A DNA stretch of 64,000 nucleotides from Octopus sinensis (lineage: Eukaryota). A program made the position numbers and the translations under genes. The stretch's first letter is position 1, and each line of letters starts with the position of its first letter. The notes under the pieces were generated by a model. It did no database searches and was not told the DNA's origin. It saw only the letters and a program-made list of their open reading frames with translations. The DNA lies in assembly GCF_006345805.1 (NCBI RefSeq), contig NC_043009.1, forward strand, positions 42,718,001-42,782,000, given 5' to 3'. Shown piece by piece: positions 12,981-25,523 of this stretch.

Positions 12981-13373
12981 ACTCTCTTTTACTCTCTTTT
13001 ACTTGTTTCAGTCATTTGACTGCGGCCATGCTGGAGCACCGCCTTTAGTCGAGCAAATCGACCCCGGGACTTATTCTTTTTGTAAGCCCAGTACTTATTC
13101 TATCGGTCTCTTTTGCCGAACCGCTAAGTTACGGGGACGTAAACACACCAGCATCGGTTGTCAAGCAATGCTAGGGGGACAAACACAGACACACAAACAC
13201 ATACACACATATATATATATACGTGTATACGACAGGCTTCTTTCAGTGTCCGTCTACCAAATCCACTCACAAGGCATTGGTCGGCCTGGGGTTATAGCAG
13301 AAGACACTTGCCCAAGATGCCATGCAGTGGGACTGAACCCGAACCATGTGGTTGGTTAGCACAGTCACTCCTG
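12981..13373 (-). mobile_element. SINE-B (tRNA head, CORE-like segment, internal AT/GT repeat, (AAAGAGT)-like tail)
   Basis: Matches full copy at 21744-22138. Confidence 0.9.
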
Positions 13374-13692
13374 TATATATATTTATATATATATATATAT
13401 ATATACACATATGTATTTAAAGCATGAGATTTGGTTGTATTTCACGCCCTCTAGTATTAATAGTGGGAGGTAAGACGCTGGATATTGTTATATATACTTT
13501 CAATGAATTTGGTTGGAACAAGATTTCAGTTGATAAATTTTGGTAACTATTCAACAGCGTTTGGGAAATGGGAAGAGACTGTACTTGTAAGGTTATCCAT
13601 CTATTAGGCAGTTCGAAAGATTCGAGAATATAAAGCAGACCACGTGAGAATTAATCAATAAGAGGCGGCGAAAGAACGTATCTTTGCTATAC

Positions 13693-14212
13693 ACCACATA
13701 GGACACCACAGATATTGGTTTCTAGGTATCGTGTTAGGGTACTTTTTATGGTACTTTGTAGAGAGTACTTGGTGAACTGACTAGCGTTTTGTGTTGATTT
13801 TTAAGGACCTCTTCGAGAGATATTTTATTTATAAATGCGTAACAAGGGTACGCCTAAAGAAACCACATAGGACACCACATATATTGGTTTCTAGGTATCG
13901 TGTTAGGGTACTTTTTATGGCACTTTTTATGGTACTTTGTAGAGAGTACTTGGTGAACTGACTAGCGTTTTGTGTTGATTTTTAAGGACCTCTTCGAGAG
14001 ATATTTTATTTATAAATGCGTAACAAGGGTACGCCTAAAGAAACCACATAGGACACCACAGATATTGGTTTCTAGGTATCGTGTTAGGGTACTTTTTATG
14101 GCACTTTTTATGGTACTTTGTAGAGAGTACTTGGTGAACTGACTAGCGTTTTGTGTTGATTTTTAAGGACCTCTTCGAGAGATATTTTATTTATAAATGC
14201 GTAACAAGGGTA
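13693..14212. repeat. Tandem array, 3 units of about 169-181 bp
   Basis: accacataggacacc at 13693, 13862, 14043; units 2-3 carry a 12-bp internal duplication. Confidence 0.95.
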
Positions 14213-15129
14213 CAATAAAGAAAAATAACAAAATTAATTTATAAAACATAGCTAGAAACAGAAACAGCAGGGGTACAAGAAAAATAAACAAAGAAAAAGA
14301 AATCAATAAAATGCCATGCAACAAAAATAATTACTTGAAATATTTTAATTTGAAATATTTAAACGATGCATGCTTTGAAATTACATGGCTGTAGTGGGGT
14401 AGGAGGGGAAGTGAGATGGGGGTAGTGGTGTTGGTAGTCGTTGTAGGTGGTGGTGTTTGTTGTAGTGGTGGTGCCGGAGGAGGAGAGTGTACGTGGTGAT
14501 GGTGGTGATACAGGTAGTAGTAGTAGTGGTGGTGGTGGTGGTGGTGTGGTGGTGGTGGTGTGGTGGTGGTGGTGGTGGTGGTGGTGGTGGTGTGTGGTGG
14601 TGCTGGTGGTGGTGGCGTGGTGGTGGTGGTGGTGTGGTGGTGGTGTGGTGGTGGCGGTGGTGGTGGTGGTGGAGGTAGCGGTGAGGTTCATGATAGCTGT
14701 GGGTGACAGGATCAAGTAGCCCACATAATGACACGCTCTCTTTCTCTCTTAAACTCTCTCTCTTTCCCTCTCTCTCCCGCAATCTCTCTCTCTTTTTCTC
14801 CCTCTTACTCTTTCTTCCACCTCTCTCTCTCCCTCCCTCCCTCTCTCTATGTCTTCAGGCCAAGGAAGTTTGAGCGTGCCTCTTTTATGCAAATGTGAAT
14901 CCACGTGTTCTCAGTTGTGTGTATGTGTGTTTATGTTGTACGTGTGTATGTCTGTTGTGTGTACATGTATATATATATATGTTCATTTGTTGTATATGAG
15001 AATGTGTTTGTGAGCGTATGTGCATGTATGTATTTGCTGTGTGTACGTGTGGTTACAGTTCACTGCAGATGTAAATTCCAACGTTTCTTTCCCTTTGGTA
15101 ACAAGGGAAGCGAATTTTCATTGGTCGCA

Positions 15130-15190
15130 GATTGATAGACAGACAAATAGCCTAAACAAATAGAAAGTAGACAGACAGACGATAGATAGG

Positions 15191-15273
<83 letters not shown>

Positions 15274-15378
15274 GGGATGGGAAAGAAAGGAAGCTGGAGG
15301 GACAAAGTCAGAAATGAGAGTGGTGAACACTCTCATTTCTGACTTTGTCCCTCCAGCTTCCTTTCTTTTACCCATCCC

Positions 15379-15409
<31 letters not shown>

Positions 15410-15471
15410 CCTATCTATCTGTCTGTCTGTCTACCTTTCTATTTGTTTAGCTATTTGTCTGTCTATCAATC
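15130..15471. repeat. Fold-back palindrome with 5-nt loop
   Basis: Arms meet at gagagtg|gtgaa|cactctc (loop 15323-15327); (GATA)n on the left mirrors (TATC)n on the right. Confidence 0.9.
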
Positions 15472-15511
15472 TACTTACCTATCTATCTACCTACCTACCC
15501 ACATACCTTCA

Positions 15512-15557
<46 letters not shown>

Positions 15558-15566
15558 CTCTCCTTC

Positions 15567-15630
<64 letters not shown>

Positions 15631-15957
15631 GTATGCGTCTGTCTATCTGCCTGTCTGTTTGTCTTTTTATCCTGCTCACTGATAGTTTTTCTCCCTCACC
15701 CTTATTCTCCTTTTCTCTTTTCCTTCCTCTCTTTTCTTTCTTTCTGTTTTCTTCCTTTTTCTTTCTTCTTTCGCATTCTATTTTCTTTCAACTTTTTTGT
15801 TTATTTTTTTGTAATTTTTCTCTCTTTTAGTCCTCTCTCTCCTCCTACTCTCTTTTCCTCCTTCGTTTTCTCTTTTCCTCTTCCTTCTTCCTCCTGTCCT
15901 ACCCACCTTTTTCGCCTTGGCCCTCACCAATTTTGGTATGTCTTTCCAATCTTTTAG

Positions 15958-16164
15958 TCTTTTACTTGTTTCAGTCATTTTGACTGCGGTCATGCTGGAG
16001 CAGCGCCTTTTAGTCGAACAAACCGTCCCCAGGACTTATTCTTTGTAAGCTTTGTACTTATTCTATAGTTCTCTTTTGCCGAACCGCTAATTTACGGGGA
16101 TGTGAGCACACCAACATCGGTCGTCGAGCACATACACACATACACACACGCACACACACACACG

Positions 16165-16197
<33 letters not shown>

Positions 16198-16360
16198 GAC
16201 GGATTTCTTTCAGTTTTCGTCTACCAAATCCACTCATAAGGCTTTAATCGGCTCGAAGCTATAGTAGAAGACAGTTGCTTAAGATGCCACGCAGTGGGAC
16301 TGAACCCGGAACCATGTGGTCGGGAAGCAAGATTCTAACCACACAGCCATGCCTGCGCCT
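15958..16360 (-). mobile_element. SINE-B
   Basis: Full-length reverse match. Confidence 0.9.
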
Positions 16361-17324
16361 ATATAAATATTTTCCATTCTGTTCATGTTTTAAACACCAT
16401 TGTTAAAGGTGTTTAACAAAGGTTAAAGAGAGTGAGAGAGATAAAAAAAGAGAGTGATAAAGAGAGAATGCAATGAAAGAGAGAGGGAGAGATAAATGAA
16501 GCTTAAGAGAGAGAGAGAGAGAGAGAGAAGTATAATTCAAGGGATGGTGATATATATACACACATACGCATACACATAAATACGTTCATACATACACATA
16601 TAAACACACTCACATAAAGAGAAAGAGCGAGAAGAAAAGTGAGAGAGAAGTAGAGAGAGAGCAGGAAGAGAGAGGGGAGAAAGAAGACAGGGGAGAGAGG
16701 TGATGATGATGATGATTGATGATGCCATGCAACGCCAGATTTTGGTAACTCTAAGTTCTGAATGTTTTACTAAACTCTACATAACCATTCTGGAAATAAT
16801 CGACTGTTCCAGATTATTGTAGCTCTAAAACGAGCAGATTGCCAGAAGTACAAAGGGCAGGTACGAATATGTGAAGAGAAGATACAGGATACAGACAACA
16901 AGAGGTCGATGGAAAGGGATGGCGGTGAGAGGATTAGGCAGAGTGAAATAATGTACTCTTTTCTTCGTCTCCTTTTTAAAATATCGTCCTCTGTCCTCTA
17001 ACTGAATGTAAGCCTTCTCCAATTGTTAGCATACACCCCTATCTAATGGAGGCTTTGTGGTCTGAATGTATTTAAATTGTACCTCCACTGTTGAAGAGCG
17101 CCGACTAGTTTCCGCTTTCTGAGGATCCAGCGGATTAACCTCGAGATCCATTTGTTGACTTTCATTTAGAAACAGAGAAGTTACAGTGGCGTTGAAGAAG
17201 GACTAATGGCCGAAGCGTATCAATGAGATTCGTTGCTGCTTTGCAGACCCAGGTAAAGCTTCATCGAGCAGGTATATGATAATTGACATACGAATCGTGA
17301 CTATTACCTTCTTTTATTTGTTAT

Positions 17325-17760
17325 CTTTTATCCTGTTTCAGTCATTAGACTGCAGCCATTCTGGGGCACCGCCTTGAAGAATTTTTATTCGAATGATTCG
17401 ACCCCAGTACTTATATATTTTTAAGCACGATTTCTTGTGCCGAACCGCTATGTTATGGGAACGTAAGCACACCAACACCGGCTGGGAAGCAGTGGTGGGG
17501 GTAGAAATACAGACACAAAGGTGCGCACGCACACGCACACGCGCACACACACACAGACACACACACAAACACACACACAAACACACACAGACAAACATAT
17601 GTAAGGGGTTTCTTTCAGTTTCCGTCTACCAAATCCACTCACAATGTTTTAGTCGTCCTGAAGCTATAGGAGAAGACACTTGCCCAAGATGCCTTGCAGA
17701 GGGGGACGGAAACTGGAACTATGTAGTGGGGAAGCAAACTTCTTATCACGCAAACACGCC
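17325..17760 (-). mobile_element. SINE-B (diverged)
   Basis: Reverse match across tail, (CA)n and CORE-like part. Confidence 0.85.
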
Positions 17761-18094
17761 ATTTTGTGTATATATAGGACTACATTATCAAATGTGCATA
17801 TCTTCATTCGTTTTTCAAAGAGAATTGATTGAGATTTGAGAGAATTTAGCCTTCATTTCTAGCTAGTTAAGTAACTGTGCAGTGAGCATTCTTATTGACA
17901 ATTTCAGCAATATTGTTCAATTTGGCGGTGTCTTCAATGTAAGCCGCTAAAGCATAGACGAATGGACATGACAGATGAACCAGGAAAGAAAGCAGTGCAG
18001 TGAGGACTGTAACAGAAAAAAATTTTGTCTATAGACTGAACGGTAAGCAAAGACGAGTTGTGTGGCGAACAAAAAGATATACTAAACGAAACAG

Positions 18095-18469
18095 GGAAGC
18101 ACTCCGTCGGTTTCGACGACGAGGGTTCCGGTTGATCCGAATCAACGGAACAGCCTGCTCCGTGAAATTAACGTGTAAGTGGCTGAGCACTCCACGACAC
18201 GTGTACCTTAACGTAGTTCTCGGGGATATTCAGCGTGACACAGAGAGTGACAAGGCCGGCCCTTTGAAATACAGGTACAACAGAAACAGGAAGTAAGAGA
18301 AAGTTGTGGTGAAAGAGTACAGCAGGGATCACCACCATCCCCTGCCGGAGCCTCGTGGAGCTTTAGGTGGTTTCGCTCAATAAACACTCACAACGCCCGG
18401 TCTGGGAATCGAAACCGTGATCCTATGACCGCGAGTCCGCTGCTCTAACCACTGGGCCATTGCGCCTCC
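18095..18469 (-). mobile_element. SINE-C, tail type 1
   Basis: Head ggaggcgcaatggcccagtggttagagcagcggactcgcgg..ggtttcgattccc; tail ends gaaaccgacggagtgcttcc. Confidence 0.85.
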
Positions 18470-18831
18470 ACACTAAACAAAACAAACTTGTATGCGTAAG
18501 CATAGAACGTATTTCTCGACGTTGTGATAATATTAAGACAAGTGTATGGCGGTGAGCTGGCAGAACCACGAACCGCCAGCACCCTGGCCAAAATGCTTAA
18601 TGACGTTACGTCCGTCTTTACGTTCTGAGATTAAATTCCTTATTCTAAAATTTGAAACCCATACTAAGACACTTGTAATGCTAATAGGGAAAAATAGCGT
18701 GCCTTTCTTTTCAGCCTTGAGGAAGAAAGTAACACTTTATATGAATTTGGAGTTGAAAAAAAATTGATTGCGCAATTGAATAGTCAGTAAAAGAAAATAA
18801 CACAAAAACACGATGCGTAATAATAATAATG

Positions 18832-19532
18832 ATTTCAAGTTTTGGCTCAAGGCCAGCAATTTTGTGGGAAGGAATTGCTGGCCTTGTGCCAAAAATTGAA
18901 ATTATTGATGGGAATAATAATTATTTCAAATTTGCCACAAGGCAGCAATTTTGGGGGAAGGGATGAATCGATTACATGGACCTATTGTTCAACTGGTACT
19001 TATTTTATCGACCCTGAAAGAATGAAAAGCAAAGTAGACCCGGGCGGAATTTGAACTCTGAACGTAGCGGCAAACAAAATACCTATTTCTTTACTACCCA
19101 CAAGGAGCTAAACACAGAGAGGACAAACAAGGACAGACAAACGGATTAACTCGATTACATCGACCCCAGTGCGTAACTGGTACTTATTTAATCGACCCCG
19201 AAAGGATGAAAGGCAAAGTCGACCATGGCGGAATTTGAACTCAGAACGTAACGGCAGACAAAATACCGTTGAGTATTTCGCCCAACGTGCAAGCGACTCT
19301 GCCTGCTCGCAGCCTTAATAATCCTTTTCTACTATAGGCACAAGGCCTGAAATTTGGGGTAGGGCAGTCGATTAGATCGACCCCAGTACGCAACTCCTAC
19401 TTAATTTATCGACTCCGAAAGGACGAAAGGCAAAGTCAACCTCGGCGGAATTTGAACCCAGAACGTTAAAAACAGACGAAATTCTTCTAAGCATTTCGCC
19501 CGGTGTGCTAACGATTCTGTCAGCTCGCCGTC
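18832..19532 (-). mobile_element. SINE-A cluster: tail hairpin 18832-18902, dimer about 18905-19316, copy 19321-19532
   Basis: Repeated SINE-A bodies; dimer junction aagaaataggtattt also seen at about 49143. Confidence 0.85.
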
Positions 19533-19969
19533 TTTCGCCCCTTGAATAATGTGGGACGTTAATTTTTTTGTCCTTTAAAAAGTATATTTTTTGAAGGTCC
19601 AGATTTGATTGATCATGCGCTAAATTAATAATTTCCTATCGATATCTTGTTACAACGTTTATGGTTACACTACAGATTTCATATGGTAACCATTTCCAGC
19701 CATAATGTTATGCTTCAATAATTTAGCCAGCCAAGTGAGTTCTTTCAGCATACAAGAACTGTCTGGGAAAACCTGTTTCTTCGGATACCGTTGACTGATT
19801 GTCCAGGAATTTTTTATTTATAGTTATTTTTGTTGTTGACTGTTATTAATTCTTTTTGAAATTTATTTTCATATTTCATATGCAAAGAAGCAGTATTATC
19901 TTTTGATACTGTTATTATTATTATTAGTATTATTAGTAGTATTGTTACCGTTGATGTTGTTGTTATTGT

Positions 19970-20430
19970 TAAGATGGTGAGCTGGTAGAATCGTTACCAC
20001 TTCGGGTAAAATGCTTAGCACCATTTCGTCCATCTTTACGTTCTGAGTTCAAATTCCGCCGAGGTCGACTTTGCCTTTCCTTCTTTCGAGGTCGATAAAA
20101 TAAGTACCAGTTGAACATTGGGGGGGGGGGGGAATCGGATTGACCCCCCTCTCTCCCCACGAAACTGCTAGCCTTGAAGCAAAATTTGAAACCATTATCA
20201 GTATTGTTGTTGCGAAGGCGGAGAGCTGGTAGAATCTTTAGCGTGCCGGGCAAAATGCTTAGCGGCATTTCGTCTCTATTTACGTTTTGAGTTCAAATTC
20301 CGCCGACGTCGACTTTACCTTTTATACTTTCGGGGTCGATGGAACAAGTACCATTCGAGTACTGGATTCGACATACTCGGCTTCCCCCTCCCAACAAATT
20401 TCAGGACCTTTTGCTCTCGATAAGTTTAAT
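19970..20430 (+). mobile_element. Two stacked SINE-A copies
   Basis: Heads at about 19972 and 20215. Confidence 0.85.
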
Positions 20431-20585
20431 TATTTTCATTAACACTAATTGTCACAGACTATTTTTACATTACACGTCTGCGATAAAAGCACGGCGGTCA
20501 AATAGTACAGTGCTCTGCAGCCTTTTTTCTCTAGCGTACACTTATATTCTTTTCAAAATTCGGCGGCACACTTGAATTAAAATTA

Positions 20586-21151
20586 TTGGATTGTCCGGAA
20601 AGTTCGTGCCGATTTTTAAAGGAAAGAAAATGGTTAATAAATACTTGCCATTACATTTTTAATCAACCAAATATGAACCATTTTGTTGCACAATACGTCT
20701 CCATCTTTCTTTTAACTTAAAAATACCCGCTTCCCAGAAGTGAGGTGGTTTCAAGGCAAAGAATTCATCAAGATATCATTTTACGTCATCCAATGAATTG
20801 AAATTTTCACCATTAAGACTATTCTGCAGAGACCTGAATAAGTTAGAATCCGAAGGAGCAATATCTGGTAAATATGGAGGGTGGGGTAACACATCCCAGT
20901 CAAACTGTAGCAATTTTTGTCTGGTTTCCAAAGCATCAAGTGCCGAAAATGAACTTTCTTATCTTCCATTTTAAAGGGTTACAAAATCAACACAGGTTAT
21001 AGGAACATAAACCTTCTTCCACGAAAAGATAGCTTAAACTGTGGTCTAAATGTAGGTGTAGTCAAATCCTATTTTATTGACTCAACTATGTTTTAAAATA
21101 AGTCGAAAGGTAAGCTACTCTAAATCGGCACGAACTTGCCGGACAACCCAA
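20586..21151 (-). mobile_element. 566-bp mariner deletion derivative (MITE-like)
   Basis: TIRs ttggattgtccggaaagttcgtgccgattt and its near-perfect complement ending 21151, TA on both sides; MEDKKVHFRHL start fused to C-terminal QKLLQFDWDVLPHPPY.PDIAPSD... Confidence 0.9.
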
Positions 21152-21404
21152 TATGACTAAAAGTATAGAGAAAAATTATATTCACGTTATACTACGGCAC
21201 ACCAGTATTCCACAACATACCGGTTGCAGATCACTGGATATAGTAAACCGCACGAGTCGAACTTCTGTTGATCTGATTGTTTATATGGCTATCATCTTAC
21301 TGATATTGACAAATCCAGATGCAAAATTCTCATGCACATACGCATACATACAGAATAACCAAGATACGCCAAAAAAAAGAAGAAAGAATGAAAGCGTTGC
21401 CCTT

Positions 21405-21672
21405 TTCATGGGCCCGGTTTCCCGGTTTCTGTGGTGTATGTGTACCCCCCAGCTGGACGGGACGCCAGTCCATCGCAGCGTTACTCAAGAAACAGGAAGA
21501 GAGAGTGAGAGAAAGTTATGACGAAAGAGTACAACAGGGGTCGCCACCACCCTCTGCCGGAGCCTCGTGGAGCTTTTAAGTGTTTACGCTCAATAAGCAC
21601 ACACAACGCTCGGTCTGGGAATCGAAACCACGATCCTCCGACCACGAACCACTGCGCCATTGCGCCTCCACA
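21405..21672 (-). mobile_element. SINE-C, tail type 2 (V-domain-like gatggactggcgtcccgtccag)
   Basis: Same head/body as 18095-18469, different 3' part. Confidence 0.8.
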
Positions 21673-21743
21673 CAGCCAAGATACAGCGATATAATAAATA
21701 TGCCGTAGTTGTCAAGTGAGGGAAAAAGGTAAGATAAACCATA

Positions 21744-22138
21744 GGCGCAGGAGTGGCTGTGTGGTAAGTAGCTTGTTTACCAACCGGGTTAAGTCCCACT
21801 GCGTGGCACCTTGGGCAAGTGTCTTCTACTATAGCCTTGAGCCGACCAAAGCTTTGTGAGTGGATTTGGTAGACGGAAACTGAAAGAAGCCCGTCGTATA
21901 TATGTATATATGTATGTGTGTGTGTATGTTTGTGTGTCTGTGTTTGTCCCCCAACATCGCTTAACAATCGATGCTGGTGTGTTTACGTCCCCGTAACTTA
22001 GCGGTTCGGCAAAAGTGACCGATAGAATAAGTACTAGGCTTACAAATAATAAGTCCTGGGGTCGAATTCTTCGACTAAAGGTGGTGCTCCAGCATGGCCG
22101 CAGTCAAATGACTGAAACAAGTAAAAGAGTAAAGAGTA
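21744..22138 (+). mobile_element. SINE-B full length
   Basis: ggcgcaggagtggctgtgtggtaag head; accttgggcaagtgtcttctactatagc CORE-like; tail gtaaaagagtaaagagta. Confidence 0.9.
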
Positions 22139-22188
22139 ACGCACGAAAAAAAAGAAATAAACTGAACTTTTATCTCTCACACTCCTAG

Positions 22189-22314
22189 CCTAACACAAAA
22201 TATCACCAAAAATACGTCTAACTTTTATCGTTTATATCCTAACCAAGACGAAATACCTTCGAGAAGGATCTTCATTACCAATACTGTTGAGTTTATGAAC
22301 TTTAGCCTGACATG
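22189..22314 (+). CDS. Weak candidate exon (x)LTQNITKNTSNFYRLYPNQDEIPSRRIFITNTVEFMNFSLT(C)
   Basis: Good acceptor (tctctcacactcctag), 126 nt open, phase 2-2, but poor donor gtgcca. Confidence 0.2.
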
Positions 22315-22589
22315 GTGCCAAAAGATCAATCATTAGAATTAGAAATTTGTAGTTCACATTTTATTTGTTTACTTATTTATTTATTTATTAATAAATTTTA
22401 TTCTGTATTTATTTATTTATTAATACATTTTATTGTTTATTTATTTATTTATTTATTTATTAAATCAAATTATATATAATTTGTTTTTATATTTGTTGTC
22501 GTTGTTTCTTTTTTGGAATAGAGGGTTTTTTTTAGCTTTTGGTTGTTTCTGTACGTTGTTGTTTCTTGTTATTGTTGTTATTGTGGCTA

Positions 22590-22605
22590 TTAAATAATAA
22601 TAATA

Positions 22606-22653
<48 letters not shown>

Positions 22654-23040
22654 GAGGATAATGATGATAATGATGATGATGATGATAATAATAATAATGA
22701 ATGATGATGATGATAACAACAACAGTAATAATAATAATAATAATAAGATCATGATCAGGATCATGATGACGCGCAGGAGGTGAAGTGGAAGAAGAAAAAA
22801 TTGAAGATAAGAAAGAAATCAAGAAACAAAGACTAAGAGGAGGAAAAGAGGAAAAAGAAGACGAGAAAGAAATGAAGAAGAAGAAGAAGAAGAAGAAATA
22901 GTAGTAGTAGTAGTAGAAAAAGAAGAAGAAGAAGAAGAAGAAGACGAAGAAGAAGAAGATAAAGAAGAAGAAGATAAAGAAAAAGAAGATAAAGAAGAGG
23001 TAGTAGTAGAAGTAGAAGAAGAAGAAGAAGAAGAAGAAGT

Positions 23041-23071
<31 letters not shown>

Positions 23072-23200
23072 GAAGTAGAAGTAGATAAAGAAGAAGAAGA
23101 AGAAGAAGAAGAAGAAGAAGAAGAACAACAACAACAACAACAACAACAACAAGTTGATGGTGTGACGACGACGACGGCAGCGGCGATGAGGAAAAAAAGA
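22590..23200. repeat. Compound (AAT)/(GAT)/(GAA)/(CAA) microsatellite
   Basis: Directly visible. Confidence 0.95.
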
Positions 23201-23900
23201 GAGAAAGCAAGAAAAAAAAAAGAAGGAATCGTAATATCTAATCTGTGTTGAAAAACAAGTGGAGTGAGCGTCATCCATCAACGTCAATTTGGTGTATTGA
23301 ATAGAAGTGAAAGCCATTGAGAAGTTCAGGGAGAAAATACCTGACACCACAGTATAGAATTCTTTGACACGTAGAACTATTAGTTAGTTTGGGGGTGGAG
23401 GGCGAGGATGGAAGTTATGTTTTTTTTTATGTTCTTTTTCTTTTTTTTTTAGGGTAGCTGTAGTGGTGTGTGTGCGTGTGCATATTTATGATTGTGTGTG
23501 TGTGTGTATATGTGTGTTTGGTGTGTGTGGTCATTCGTAACAGGTCACAGTTCTCATTAAGTAAAGAGATTTACCTTTGACACGTTTGACCTGTGATGAA
23601 TTTTCCGTCAGAATTAATCCCTTACACAAACACGAACACATTTTTAAACACATAAATATTCTTTAGATATGTGTATTATATTACATGTGCATGTACGTGC
23701 ATAGATATAATATATATATATATATAATATATATATATATTATATATATATATATATATATCAGTCTGTCTGTATCTATGTATACGTATATATATATATA
23801 GTATATATATATATGTATAATATGTATATATAGGGAGAGATATATTACATATTATATATCCATATATTATATATATAGATATACATACATATATATATTA

Positions 23901-24312
23901 TTACTCGTTACTCTTTTACTTCTTTCAGTCATGTAACTGTGGCCATGCTGGAGCACCGCCTTTTGTCGAGCAAATCGACCCCGGGACTTGTTCTTTGTAA
24001 GCCTAGTACTTATTCTATCGTCTCTTTTGCCGAACCGCTAGGTTACGGGGACGTAAACACATCAGCATCGGTTGTCAAGAGATGTTGTGGGGGGAGGGCA
24101 AACACAGACACACAAACACATACACATATATATACATATACATATATACGACGGGCTTCTTTCAGTTTCCGTCTACCAAATCCACTCACAAGGCTTTGGT
24201 CGGCCCGAGGCTATAGTAGAAGACACCTGCTCAACGGTGCCACGCAGTGGGACTGAACCCGGAACCAAGTGGTTCGTAAGCAAGCTACTTACCACACAGC
24301 CACTCCTACGCC
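23901..24312 (-). mobile_element. SINE-B full length
   Basis: Reverse match. Confidence 0.9.
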
Positions 24313-24667
24313 TATATATATTTATAGTAAAAAAGAATTTCGTTGAAGAAATTTTCCCTATGTGGTGAGTTGTAGTGAAATAATTTATAATAAGAGAAGG
24401 AAAAAGCACAGAATTTATATATTTTTGATACAATATTATGATAGTTTACCGGTTTCACGTTTTGCTAACCATGGCATTGAGATTAGTGAAAATATTACAA
24501 TTTCATATTTTCCTAACAAGTTTTCATTCCACACACACACACACACACACACATACATGAGTGTATATGTATGTGCCAGGCTATATAAATGTATATGCCT
24601 GTATATAAAGAGATTTTTATGTATTATAGCAGTGTTTTATCTGTCCCCCTCTCCCTCCCTCTCTCTC

Positions 24668-24740
<73 letters not shown>

Positions 24741-24858
24741 ATATATACATATATATTAATAGTAATGGTAAGATAACAAAAGAATGAATGAGACCTCGAT
24801 ATTATGTAAATAGAGGAATTTCTGTAATATCATATGTGACAAATATTTGGTTGCCATA

Positions 24859-24916
24859 ATAAGACTCTGAGTTTCGGATGCCGGGCAGAAAACTGCTCAG
24901 GCAGCTCGTCAGTTAT
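24859..24916 (-). ncRNA. Minimal type-I hammerhead ribozyme (Penelope-like), left arm of a hairpin
   Basis: Minus strand: ataa CTGACGA g..tgcc..ggcatcc GAAA ctc a gag TC ttat; stem I ataa/ttat, GUC site, palindromic stem III. Confidence 0.7.
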
Positions 24917-24951
24917 CAAGGCAACCACAAAAGGCATTTGGTGATTACCTC

Positions 24952-25013
24952 CATAACTGACGAGATGCAGGAGCAGTTTTCCGCCTCGACATCTGAAACT
25001 CGGAGTCATTATG
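24952..25013 (+). ncRNA. Minimal type-I hammerhead ribozyme (slightly degenerate), right arm of the same hairpin
   Basis: cataa CTGACGA gatg..catct GAAA ctc g gag TC a ttatg. Confidence 0.55.
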
Positions 25014-25070
25014 ACAACCGAATAATTGTCACATATTATATTATATGTATTATATATGTCTATATATATA

Positions 25071-25117
<47 letters not shown>

Positions 25118-25201
25118 TATATAATATAATAAAATATTAGGGAATAAATTCAAACTTACAGGGAAAAATCAGATTTAGGATTGAATCCAATTTTATAGTA
25201 A

Positions 25202-25478
25202 ATATATTATATTAAATTAGAGATAAAACAACTATTAGGCAAATCATACAATGAAAAACTTAAGCCAATACATAGATTATTAATTTATATTATTTAAATA
25301 TATATCAAAATTATTAAAAAGATAATTAATATAACACTACGATCGTTATATTAATTATCTTTTTTAATAATTTTGATATATATTTAATAATATAAATTAA
25401 TTAATCTTATGTATTGCTTAAGTTTTTCATTGTATGATTGCCTAATAGTGGTTTTATCTCTAATTTAATATAATATAT
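25202..25478. repeat. AT-rich fold-back palindrome, arms about 134 bp, 9-nt loop
   Basis: gataattaatataac|actacgatc|gttatattaattatc; arms align to the ends with small indels. Confidence 0.9.
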
Positions 25479-25523
25479 ATATTATATATATAGTTATCAG
25501 TAACAATATAGGGTGAATTAATT

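Noticed and set aside
16720-17300. Possible Penelope relic with ttgaagaagg..ccgaagcg motif
   Set aside because: Core and stems too degenerate; no recognisable ORF
18400-18469. SINE heads as real tRNA genes (also 40027, 48200-48268)
   Set aside because: A/B boxes are present but there is no complete cloverleaf, and each continues into SINE body
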